From NCBI RefSeq assembly GCF_018977255.1, contig NW_024704743.1, positions 115,136,001 to 115,200,000 on the forward strand: a DNA stretch of 64,000 nucleotides. Direction: 5' to 3'. The notes beneath the pieces are model-generated. The model was not told where the DNA came from. It searched no databases and saw only the letters and a list, made by a program, of their open reading frames with translations. A program made the translations under genes and the position numbers. The stretch is from Callorhinchus milii (Eukaryota). Positions 12,963 to 24,635 of this stretch are shown in pieces (within the stretch, counting starts at the first letter, position 1; each line of letters begins with the position of its first letter).

Positions 12963-14524
12963 GTACCTCACAGAAGTATTTTCTTGTTGACTACTGAAGC
13001 GAAGGGTCAAATTGCACTTGTGTGTGTGCGGAGGTGGTGGGGGGTGCGTGGGGTCAGCACACCCAGCGCAATGAACCACACGCTGTGCGCGCCCCAGTTA
13101 TGATTACTGAACTATCTTTAGCTCCCGCTGCTTTATTTAGAGCCACAGAATTGATTAGTTGACAGATGGTAGCACGTTTCAATTTAGGTGGCAGGTGTCC
13201 GTTCAAACCAGCGCCTTTTCTGCCTATTGCACACACCGGTCGGTATGTGTATGTGTGTATGTGGAGGGGGTTGGGGATTGCTCTGTCTGTCTTGGCCTGT
13301 GATTTCTTTTTCACTCTTTCTCTGTCTCATAGAATGGATGTTGAGCAAGTCATGGTGACCCGGGGTGATTATTTTAAAATGAAATTTGGACACCATACAA
13401 GACAATTTACATTTATATAGCACCTTTCATGTTAGGCAAATGCACTTTACACAGCAGGCTGGGCACCCGACTTGGTGGGGGGGAGAGGGGGGTTTGGGGA
13501 GAAATGATGATCGAAAGCACAATCAAAGAGCGAAGGCTTAAGGCGGTGCTTTGAACGTGTAGAGGGAGGAGGCGAGCCTGAGAGATTCGGGAAGAATTTG
13601 CAGGACGTAAGGGCAGGCTGGCTGAACGCTCATCTACCTACGGAGGGGCAGATCGGATGGGGGCTGGGGTGGGGGGGACACGTATAGTAGGCCAGGCCTC
13701 GGACTACTGTACCAGCCAAATGCCTCATTCTTTAAAGCACCCGATTGTGGCGCAGTTATATTATCCGGTTTATCTATACGGCTTTAACTTAATCATACAA
13801 TCCTCACATTTGGTATATCATCGCCCACGTCAGGAGGACGTTACAGCATATACTGTAAGGTACAGTTTTGTGTGTTTTATGGACAAACGACAACAAAGTG
13901 GTGAGACTGACCTGTGCACTGAAATGTGTTTTGCTCTCAAGTTGGTGATTGCAGCTCAGCAAGTTCTTGCTGAGAAACATAGAATTTGTTTTCAGCAAAT
14001 GAAGCTTTGGCCCCTTCCCCAAACAGCCACACCCTCCCCCCCATGCCAGCTCAGGTGCTGTGTTCCTCTTTTCAAAAAAAACTTTCTCCGCTGTCTGGCA
14101 TGAGCAGACTCTTACCACATTTTGGTAAGGTCTTGCAAAATCCCCGAAGCTCCTTCGGCCCAAAATAGAGCTGATTCTGCTAGTAAAAGCCGTGACGTCC
14201 AAGTTTGCTTTAACCCTATGCTACTGAGAAACTCGAACAACTGCATTCCATTGTGGGCCACAATGCAGAATAACACCTCCTTCTGGTCAACAATCCACCA
14301 GATAAATTTGATTGTTCACCGCATGGCTGTTTGTGGGACACAAGTTGCTGTGCACAAATAGCTGCCACGTTTGCCAACAAGAAGAGCTAGTCACTACACC
14401 CAGTTATGTAGCGCTTTGAGCAGTTTCATCGTACTGATTGATGATATTTTGAATTGCTTTGTACTGTGCAGTGCTCAGTGACTAAAGTCCTCCAGCCAGA
14501 GGATTTCACAGGCTAGCACAATTA

Positions 14525-14812
14525 ATAATAATAATCCTTGCATTTGATATAGCACCTTATCGCGTCTTCTCGATGTCTTAGAGTGCTTCACAGAATATAC
14601 CGCAAAGTGTATGTTTTGTTGACGAAACGCCTAGTTGATTGCATACAGCAGTGTCCCACAAACAGTCTTGGATTGAGTGACCAAATTATTACTTTTTTTT
14701 AAAGGATTATTATCCCTGGAAAAGCGATCCGCAAATCGACTAACAACCGGGTTCCTACTTACTGCTAGGTAAACAGAGGCGTGTGGAGTAAGGAAACTTG
14801 TCCAACGTTTCA
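14525..14812 (-). mobile_element. tRNA-Ala-headed SINE, long subfamily, 5' truncated
   Basis: (aat)n tail, ccttgcatttgatatagc, and gcgtgtggagtaaggaaacttg shared with the other copies. Confidence 0.75.
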
Positions 14813-15047
14813 TCCAATTAAAATATGGTTTGGGCATCCACAGTAATAAGGAGGCACAACAAAAATGGCTACCGGTCAGCTTCTGGGTAACCCGGTCGCC
14901 GCTGATGTAATTTCCTGTGGATTGAGGCGATGCTGCGAGGACAAGGGAAGTGCTGTGACAATGCATTGAACTTCGTGAGGTCAAAGTGCCAATACGGGCT
15001 TGATGTCTAGCGTTACTTCCTTCCTCCCCACCGCTGGTTTTACCGCT

Positions 15048-15348
15048 GTGCCTTTGTTCCTCCGGGTCTGGCCTCCTCCTTGTCCTCCGAGTCCTCCGCT
15101 CTACCCTCAGCAGCCGTGCCTTCAGCCACTATGCCCCGAGGCTCTGGAACTGCCTTCCTCACTCCCTTCGTCTCGCTCCCTCCCTTCCCATTTTCAGGTC
15201 TCTGCTGAAGACCTTTCTTTTCGACCGCAGCTTTGGTCACCTTCCTCCCCCTCCCCCTGGCTCGGCCCCGGGATCCGTTACTGTGAAGCGCTCTGAGACG
15301 CCGTCTGGCGTGGAGGGTGCTATATAAATCCAAACTAGTTTTTGTTGT
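15048..15348 (+). mobile_element. L2 LINE 3' end, second subfamily
   Basis: Nearly colinear with 36528-36820; tail agcgctctgagacgccgtctggcgtggagggtgctatataaatccaa then ttgttgtt. Confidence 0.75.
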
Positions 15349-16769
15349 TAAATGCTCTGAGATGCTGCCCCATGTGAAGGGCACTGTATGAATGTAAATT
15401 GTTATTGAATTCATAATCTTCTGCTTTGGAGGCAAGAGTGTTACCAACCAGGCTTGTTGATGGCTGGGCAACAATTCCCCATTGGTTATTCACTTCATGG
15501 CTGTTTGTGTGACATTGCTGTGAGCAAAGTGGCTGCCACTTTTGCCTACAAAAATAGTGTCACTACACTGGTATATATATATAGTATATATATAATAAAC
15601 CCTTATATATATATCATATAAACAAAGTCCACAGTTTCTGGCAAAAAGAAATTAAGAGTTCAAGGGCCTGTTTCTGTGCTGTGACATTCTATGATTCTAG
15701 GACTCCAACTCAGTTTGAAAGAGCTTTTATGTATTGCAAACTAAGATGTGTGTGTATATATATCCTGTGCATAGCTTTGAGACGTCTTGATGAAGTGATA
15801 AGGCGCTATATCAAATGCAAGGATTATTATTCTTACTAAATAAGGAAATGTCTGTCTCTGAAAACTCCACGTGGATTGCATTTTGAGCCATATAGATTTC
15901 CTGCAAAGCCGAGCCAATCGCTAGTTTTCCTACTCCTGGAAGCTGTGATTGAAGCAGAAAGATTCAACGGGTTTAAATTATAATCCTTGCATATGAGGGA
16001 GGACATCTCACAGTGTTTCACCGGATTCACTGTAAACGTAGTGACTGTGCACTTTGTAGCTGGACACGACAGCCAATTGCGCACAGCAGTGCCCCAAAGT
16101 GAATGACGAATTCTATTTTTTTTTGGGGGGGGGGTGGATGGTTGGCCAGGATACAGAGAGAAACTCCCTTTTCTTTTTGAATGGGATCCTTAATGCCCAC
16201 CAAGCAGACAGGCTAGGTTTAATGTCCCATCTGAAGAGTGGCATTTCTAACATATAGGCTTCCCAAGCAATACATTACAGTGTCAATCTAAACTACCTGG
16301 GTTCAAAGTCCCGACATTAAGCTTGAACCCACAACGTTGTGAGGCAGATTGACTCAGAGGGCTAGAATGCTTCAAACTGAGCCAGGTTGACACAGCTGAC
16401 ATTTAGGAAGTAACGCAATGTACACAGGAGTGAGAAGGAATAGAAGGGTTCAGTTGAGGGGATTAGGAGGGATGAAGTAAAAAAACAACAGGCCCGTTTC
16501 TGTGCTGTAACTATCTAGGTAATTCTAGATAAATGTACAGCTCCTAATGTAGACCTTAAAATCATCTTTTTTTTAAAAAAAAGCGTCTGTTACTAATTTC
16601 AGATTTGATTGAGAGATGGGAACAGCGCAGTTGCATGACCCAAATGTTCTTGGCTTTCAGTTTAAAGAGTCTTAAGAGCCCATTTGTTTCTGACATTAGC
16701 AATAACTGCTGTCAGTGTCATATGGCAGGTTTATGCAGTTGCAACTGGTTTGGGGCAGAGATAGTCATT

Positions 16770-16849
16770 AGCCAGGGGGGGGGCGGGGAAGTATTCTGGG
16801 GTGAAGATCAGCGCTCTGCACTGTACTTGGCTCCAGCCATGAGGTAAGT
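16770..16849 (+). promoter_or_regulatory. Candidate alternative first exon of PTP4A3: GC box then perfect donor GAG|gtaagt at 16843/16844
   Basis: ggggcgggg Sp1-type box near 16780, unique sequence, consensus 5' splice site, ATG in gccATG context at 16839. Inference only. Confidence 0.35.
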
Positions 16850-18288
16850 GAGAGGTTTTCAGCTGAAAGAAATTTCACATAGGAACAGATTTACCAATGC
16901 GATCAGCAGTCTATTTCAGCCCTGGGTCTGCTTAGTTCACAAGTGGGAAAATGAAGGTAGGATTTAGCAGTTTGATTCAAGCTATTTGTTCAAGCAGCCC
17001 TGTTGTTTACAACCCTGCCTTTCCAATAAGAGTCTGTGCACAAGCGTAGAGCTGGATTTTAGTGAAATGTCTACATTAATTTGGAAGGCGGTGGGGAGTG
17101 TGAAGAATTACCATAAGGTGGCAATCTATCAATTTGGCAGCCAAATAAGGACTTTGCTATATTCCAAATCTGCCGGCAAGTGTTTAGTTGTGTGTGCGGG
17201 GGGGAGGGGGGATATTATAATCCTTGCATTTGATATAGCGCCTTATCACCTTGTTGTTGTTATCACGTCATTGAGACGTCTCAAAGCGTTTCGCAGAATA
17301 TACTGTAAAGTGAATTGACTGTATATTTTGTGGGTTGCAGGGGATAAGGGGTAGGAAATGCTTCATTTTTTAACGTTCCTGTACAGTGCAGTCCCTCCAG
17401 GCATTGGGGATGAAGCGTATGTGATTGCTCTGTTTTTAACAGCAGTTCAATGTTTACCCTCCAATGCTACTTGCAAGCATGTTCTTTCACTGATCAGATG
17501 TGAACGTGCCTCAGTCAGAAGATTATGGATTCAAGCCCCACGTCGGGACTTTTAGTGTCAGGGCTTGAATAGGCTGGCACTCCAATACAATACTGGAATG
17601 TGCTGCATTGTTGGAGGTATAGAGTAGATGCTGTGTATTTTGTAGGCAAAAGTGGCAGCCAATTTGCACATGGCAATGTTCCATAAACAGCCGTGAAGTG
17701 AATTAGCCATTAACAAGTCGCCAAATAATAGAGTAAATCTAGACCTGGGCAGACTGTGATTTTCTCGGGGAGGCGGAATGGTGGGGCTTTGATAAGAAAA
17801 TCGAAATAGTAACTTCTTCCAGCACTTAGAATGTACTGAAGCCGCCGAGCTTACTGAACCAAATTAAGACCTGTACACCTTGCGCTCTTGGTCGGTAGCC
17901 ATCTCTGTTGAGATTCTGTTTCTTTTGCTGTCGTATTCAACGCTTAATTGGTATCAGATGTCCTCATGTAAATATCAGCATGTGTGGAAGAGCAAAGCGT
18001 TAATTGCATTCTGTATATGTGTGTGTGTGTGTGGGATGTGAATAACTCATCACTCATTGTTGATCTCTTGTATTGACTTTAATAAGGTGTCAGTAATAGG
18101 TTGTTAAAACTTTGCAAAGACTTAAAGCAGGACTAGTTTCCTGTTAACGGACTATTACTGCTGCGGGGTGTGAGGTGATTGCTTTGATCAGACTTTTATG
18201 ATGGATGACCTTTCTCCCTTAGCACAATCCTATCTCATATTTCTATAATTTAAATTATACTGACTGTAATATATTGATAGAAACTTTA

Positions 18289-19188
18289 ACAACAACAACA
18301 ACAACAAGATTCCATTTATAAAGCGCCTTTCACGTCAGGAGGACGTCCCAAGGCGCTGCACAGTTGGGTCATGACCCGAGCAGGGGGGAAATGGTCAGGG
18401 TGAGGGGAGGGAAGGGAGGGAGCGAGGAGGGGGAAGAGAGTCGAGAGGGGAGCTGAAGGCTCGGTCAAAGAGAAAGGTTTTGAGACCGGCCTTGAAGGAG
18501 GAAAGGGAGGAGGCGGCGAAGGCACTGGGGGATGGAGTTCCAGAGCCTGGGGGCTGAGAGGCTGAAGGCCCGGCCACCGATGGTAGGGCGGTTGGGGCAG
18601 GGGCCGTGGAGCAGACCGGAGCCAGAGGAACGGAGGGTACGGGCAGGTAGGTAGGGGGTTAGTAGGTCGGAGAGGTAGGAGAGAGCAAGGCCGTGGATGG
18701 CCTTATAGGTGAGGATGAGGATCTTGAAATCAATCCTCTGGGGGATGGGGAGCCAGTGGAGGTGAGCGAGGGTGGTAGTGATGTGGTCCCGAAGCCTGGT
18801 GCGGGACAGTACACGAGCTGCAGAGTTCTGAATGACCTGCAGCTTGTGGAGGGAGGTGGCGGGAAGGCCGACGAGGAGAGAGTTCCCATAGTCCAGCCTT
18901 GAGGTGACAAAGGCGTGAACCAGGGTTTCAGCAGCGTGAGGGATGAGGTAGTGCCGTAGTCTGGCGATGTTCCGGAGGTGATGGAAGGCGGTGCCAGTTG
19001 TGGTGCGGATGTGAGGGAGAAAGGACAGCTCAGGGTCGAACAAAACGCCGAGGTTCCTGACTGGCTTTGAGAGGTGGAGAGTGCAGCCTTGGATGCTGAT
19101 GGTGTCAGCGCCTGAGGTGCGGAGGCGCTGACGTGAGCCAATCAGGAGGGCCTCGGTTTTTCGCACGTTGAGCTGAAGAAAGTTGTCT
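18289..19188 (-). mobile_element. Young L2 LINE, 5' truncated (~900 bp)
   Basis: Open frame 18465-19166 (KTEALLIG...VRNLGVLFDPELSF...SRLDYGNSLL...LHWLPIPQRIDFKILILTYKA); tail hairpin and (ttg)n; nearly identical to 38541-39627. Confidence 0.92.
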
Positions 19189-19585
19189 GTTTAACCTAGA
19201 GTGGAGTAGAGTAGAGCCCTCCCTTATGATGTGGTCCTTGGACTGAAAATGTGTGGTGTGTATAAAATCCCAACCCGCCTTATAACAGGGCACAATCAGC
19301 AGTCAGGTGGTGTCACTTGACCATGACCTGTGATGATGATGATAATAATAATAATAATAATATTCTTTACATTTGATAAAGTGCTTTATCATATAGTTGC
19401 GACATCTCAAAGCGCTTCACATGATCTAGTGCAAAGTGAATGGAACGCCTATTTGTGGGCAAAACGCGGTAGCCAATTCCGCACAGCAGTGGTGTCAAGC
19501 TATCAGTGCATATTTTTCTCTGTGTAGAGGGAAAAAAGGGAGTAGAGGGAATATTTTTTTAACTCCCTCTTTTTTCTTCTTTCAG

Positions 19586-20149
19586 TGCTTCAGCAGCTCC
19601 TTTCAACACACGTTTATGGAGTTTATGAGAAACAGCAGCGGCTACTGCCCAGCACAACATAGCATCACAGCAGACGATTAGATCCCTGAACACGAGCCTG
19701 AAGGCTGGAGCCTTGGGATAAGCCACGAGAGCCGCTTTCCTCGCAAGAGTAAGGGGAGGGAGAGAACTGACGTCTCCTTGGCCAACCATCCGCCCCCCCC
19801 CCCCCCCCCCCCCTCCATTGCTGTTTTAACTGCGATGCACATTCATGCAGGATAGCTGAATTTGCCGACCCCCTATAAAGCCGTTCATGGTTTGGGTGGG
19901 GTGGGCTGGGGGGGCAGAGAAAGTCGAGACGGCGAGAGAGGAACCGGGAGAAGAGAGACTGCAACGGAGAGTATTTTGTTCCCTTTCTCCGAGGAGCAAC
20001 CTGTGGGTTTTTTGAAAGAGAAAAACAAAACATCGCATGAAGAGAGTTGCATGTGTGTTAGCTGGGAGAGGTTGGGGAAGCTTGTGTGACTGGCACTCAT
20101 CTCCTGCCCTAGGAGGGCCGCCCGGTGGGGGGGTTTCCTGCACAGCACA
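19586..20149 (+). other. PTP4A3: PTP4A3 5' UTR portion of the first coding exon (564 nt, several uORFs)
   Basis: Strong acceptor tccctcttttttcttctttcag ending at 19585; unique sequence continuous with the start ATG at 20150. Confidence 0.6.
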
Positions 20150-20254
20150 ATGGCTCGCATGAACCGCCCGGCACCTGTGGAAGTTTGCTACAAGCACATG
20201 AGGTTTCTCATCACTCACAACCCTACAAACGCCACCTTGAATGCCTTCATAGAG
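20150..20254 (+). CDS. PTP4A3: PTP4A3 (PRL-3) coding exon 1, aa 1-35
   Basis: [35 protein letters not shown] is the PRL N-terminus, and YKHMRF is PRL-3-like; donor GAG|gtaagt; 105 nt. Confidence 0.97.
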
Positions 20255-22001
20255 GTAAGTCGGAGAACGTTTAACAGGTGTCACTCACATCTGGTATTCT
20301 TTCCACTCAACTCCTGTTCACCCAACAAGCCAAGGCTCTAACAGGTAGGATGGTTCTTGCCGGACAATAATAATGCTAATCCTTGCATTTGATGTAGCGC
20401 TTTATCATGTTGAATTGACTCAAAGCACATCACAGACTTCTTCTATATAGTGTCATGATAGTGTATTTGGAAGCAAATCCTGCCACCAATTTGCGCACCC
20501 AAATTTTACTGCAAATGATCCCTTTTTCCCCCCGCTTGAGGGATTGTTGGCCAGGACACCAAGAGAAACTCTTTTCTCTTTTCTAATAGTGTCATCAATA
20601 GAATGGGAAAGCTGGAGGGAGGAACATGGAAACAGGAAGAGTCCATTGAGCCCATTCAAGTTTGCTCCACCAATTTGTTAGATCATGGCAGACCACTTTC
20701 CTGATTTTTTTTGCCCAGCGCAGGAAGGGAAGTAACAGCACTGGTTGTGGGAAGTAGAGTCAGGAAATGACTTCAGTGGCAACCTGGTGGCCTGGAAAGT
20801 CAGCCTTTTGTTAGTGGGAAGCTGGCTAGTTAGCGGCAGGAGCAGCTTCCTGTTAGTGCATGGGTCCACACAAGGCCCGTACTCTTAAGCAGACAACCAC
20901 ATACCCCACCCACACAAATACACACACACTCAACCAGGATGCCTTATTATGGGGCCACCCTCCCTGTAATTGAGTTTGAATACAGATGGTAGAATTTTCC
21001 ATCAGGGTTTCCAGCATGTTGAGACATGTAGTTTCAAACATCTTAAAAACTGAGCTATTTTCCATAATTACTACACAGCCTACTACAGCGGAGGCTTAAC
21101 ATTGTTGGGTCTATTACAACCTGAAACTCTGTTTAATAGGCAGCCAGTCTGACAAGGGATTGAGGAATTTGTCAAATTATTTATTGTAGTCCTGAGATGA
21201 TGAGCTGATCTGCTGATTGTCAATTGCATGCTGTTTCCACCCAAACCTCCGGCCACTCATTTATCTCTACTATGTTTTTTGGGGAGAAGAATGGGGAGCT
21301 CCAGAAGAGCAAAACTTCGAAGAGGGGTGGGAGGGGAGGAGGATTCGATTCAGTCTTAAGGGGCAATTTAGTCTTAATATTGAGAGTCACAACTGAGAAA
21401 GTGCTGGCTTTTCACTGCACTTTACGTAAATCGTGGGAATGTTTTGAAGAATCCGCCTGACATGATAATAGAGACTATATCAAATGTAAGAATTTTACAC
21501 TGTACAGTAAATCCTGGGAAGCACTTTGAGGCATCCTCAAGATGTGAATGGTGCTACATAAGGATTATATTTCCACATTTGTGGTTGAGGTGATATATCA
21601 TCACTAAAAAATCCACATGGTCAATTAAGAGCCACAGGAGGCTTGTGCTTAGTCAATCTAATCCTGATATCACAGGAATCTCTAGATTTGCTTGTCTCAC
21701 CAAATGTACAATTTAAATGCCATTTCTCCTACACCACCCCCCTCTCCTAGCGAATCACGAAACATAAACTGTTAATCTGAGCTGCAGAGTGAAGCAAGGT
21801 GTCCGTATGACAGTAATACGAGATGTCCCAGAACAGGATATCACAGGGTCACAAGATTGGTCTGGATGAAGAACGTCCCTTCAACCCTCTGATCTCAGCA
21901 CTCCAAAATACCAACGCTACCCATCCCCCTGTCCCAGCATCAAGTTCCTTTTTGACTCAATCAGTTCAATGTCCTGGTCTTCAACCATCCTTCCTAGTGG
22001 A

Positions 22002-22327
22002 GTGGAGTCCTGTAGCTCAGTGGTTAGAGCACTCGCTTTGCAAGTGAGAGACCTGAGTTCAATTCCAGGCAGAGGGCGAAACCTTGGGCAAGTTTCCTTA
22101 CTCCACACAGAGCCTAATAATAATCCCTCCAAAGAATAAAACAATAATAAATTGGTCATTTTCAATCTACGACTGTTTGTGGGACATTCCTGTGCGTAAT
22201 TGGCTGCCACGTTCGCCCACAAATATACAGTCAATTCACTTTACAGTGTGTTCTGTGAAGCACTTTGGGACGTCCTCCCGATGTGAAAAGCGCTATATCA
22301 AATGCAAGGATTATTATTATTATTATT
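22002..22327 (+). mobile_element. tRNA-Ala-headed Deu-SINE, full-length short subfamily
   Basis: gtggagtcctgtagctcagtggttagagcactcgctttgcaagtgagagacctgagttcaattcc head, Deu block, L2-type tail and (att)n. Confidence 0.88.
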
Positions 22328-23402
22328 AGTGACCCGGTCCAATCATTAATTACTCTCTAGGTAAAGAAATCCTGGTGTCTGTGTTGAAACTGCTCCTTGC
22401 AACTCCTTTGCAAGTCTGTGTCTGTGTCCTCTTATGGAGAAGGTCAACAACCATTTTAGCCAGGAAGCTGCCCGCAGGTGTAAACCAGTGAAAAGGGAGA
22501 CCGGTGGAGCAGTGGGGCACGTCGGTGTGTGGAGGGGAGCACATGTAAACAAAATTCCGTTAGTGTCGGTGATGGTGTATTTTGCTGAGCTGAGGTGGAA
22601 AAGAGAAGTGTTTGGCAGGCTATTTATGGAGCAAACATTTAGACTGAAAGTGCTCCTCGCAGCCCTTCCAGGTTCCTTCAATTTCTCCTTCCCCTCCCTG
22701 ACCATCTCCCCCACTTTAAACGTATCACTACATTATTGCTTCAAGAGAATACCAAATGAATATGCCACACATCCTATATTTGATTAATTCTTTCCTCCCC
22801 AATCACACGCTAACTTTGCTTCTCAGCCTCTTTTCACTGATGGTAACTTAGGGTAACTCCATGGTTCAAATGGTTGTTGACCTTTTCCATATACTGTTCT
22901 GGGACATCTTGTATTACAGTCACACGGTCACCTCGCTCCACTCTGCTTCTCACATTAACAGNTTTTTTTTATTTGCTGGGGACGACGAGGTTCAAATACA
23001 ACATTGGTGAGGCAAACAAATCTACAGATTCTTGTGATATCAAGGTCACAAGAACAATCCTAAGATTGCTCTTAATTACCAAGTGGATTTTTAATGGCCA
23101 CATACCACCTTGACTATAAATACACAAAGAGCATTTTGCCTGGCAAGTGAGAGGATCCGTATTCGATTCCTGGGCAGCGCGAAACTGTAGACAAGTTTAC
23201 AAGTTTCTTTCCTCTGCACGCCTCCTGTTTACTTAGTAGTAAGTAGGAACCCAGTTGCTAGTCGACTGAAGGATCATTTTCCGGGGGGGTAATAATCCCT
23301 TCAAAAAGGCTAATAAAATAAATAAATAATTTGGTCACTCAATCCACAACTGTTTGTGGGACATTGCTGTGTACAATTGGCTGCCGTGTTTATTTATGCC
23401 AC

Positions 23403-23636
23403 CTACACAGGGAGATTTCCCTCTATATGGAATATGCACTCGTCTGGTGGGACGCACCCTGATAACCTAATTCTAGAGAGTATTAGATACAGTTTGGCGA
23501 GAGCTGAGGCTTGTGCTTTGGGGTAACTGCTGAAGTCTAACCAGCCCAATCCGCATTTCTTGCCATTGAAAACATCTAGCAAGCTTCTCGCTGGTTGTCC
23601 AGCTAAAACCATCGTACCCATTCGGGCTTAGCCTTG
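23403..23636 (-). repeat. Unclassified interspersed repeat (copy 1 of 6)
   Basis: Reverse complement aligns to 24340-24580: tagctggaca...caatggcaag...gctggttagacttcagcagttaccccaa...gaattagg...tgcgtccc...gtgtagg. Confidence 0.75.
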
Positions 23637-24206
23637 CTTTTGCCAAAACAACAACAAAGTGAGTCCCTCACATGGGGTAGTGTCTTTGAGCGCTCAACAA
23701 GAAATTAATAAGTAGTCCAAAGTTTGGGTGGGATATTGTGTAGTTGTTAACCAATAAATTAACTCAGGACCTTCAATGGCACTTTGTCTGAGTTGGTGTT
23801 TTTTCCACTGTCCTATTGTTCACTCCTGTCCACACACACACACACACACTATTTTCTCTGTGGAAAAGAAGCTTAATTCTCTACTTTTCTCGTGGCTTCT
23901 GGGATTTGTGTGCATTCATGGCCTATTAAATCTCTTCATGGTCTCACCCCACCCAATCTCAGTGACGTTCTCAAACCCTAGTCACTCCTTTTGCTCAGTG
24001 AGCACCATCCTGCTTCATGCTTTGTGTTCCCTGCCCTGTTCATCCCACCATTGGCGAGCAAGCTTTCAATCTCTTACCCCTGCTCTCAGCTCCCTCCGAC
24101 TCTCTCACTCACCTCATTGAAGGTCCATCTCATGAGCCACCTTTAAGTAGTCTCCATAGTTTGTGCATCTACCCAACCCGTCTCATTCTGCTTGTGTCTC
24201 TTTCAG

Positions 24207-24299
24207 GAACTGAAGAAGTACAGTGTGACCACTGTGGTGAGAGTGTGCGAGGTCACGTATGACAAGAGCCCGCTGGAGAAGGATGGCATTGCAGTAATG
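24207..24299 (+). CDS. PTP4A3: PTP4A3 coding exon 2, aa 36-66
   Basis: Acceptor tctctttcag|[34 protein letters not shown] (includes redox Cys49); donor ATG|gtgagc; 93 nt. Confidence 0.97.
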
Positions 24300-24337
24300 G
24301 TGAGCAATCGCATTAAGACAACAACTTTTAGTTCCTC

Positions 24338-24635
24338 CCTTAGCTGGACATGTAACGAGAAAGCTTGCCAGACATCGATATCAATGGCAAGCTATGCGGT
24401 TTTAGCTGGTTGGACTCCAGCAGTTACCCCAACGCACACTCTGGGGTCCCCAAGCCTTGGCTCATGCCAACCTGTGCCTAATACTTTCCGGAATTAGGTA
24501 AGCAGAATGCGTCCCTCCAGGGAGAGAGAGAGTGCGCATTCCATTCCGACAATCTATCTCTGGGATTTCCGTGTGTAGGTGGGATGCATGGAATTCTCAG
24601 TTTGGTTTGGATAATCTGAAGCATAGTGATGGCTG
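24338..24635 (+). repeat. Unclassified interspersed repeat (copy 2)
   Basis: Long, high-similarity alignment to the reverse complement of 48450-48765. Confidence 0.8.

Noticed and set aside
22002..22075. tRNA-Ala(TGC)-like sequence (also at 3765, 5138, 27732, 54980, 63480)
   Set aside because: It has A and B boxes but no paired acceptor stem or oligo-T terminator, and most copies continue into the same SINE body; these are SINE heads, not tRNA genes.
22962..22962. Single N base
   Set aside because: Assembly ambiguity next to a T homopolymer; no biological signal.
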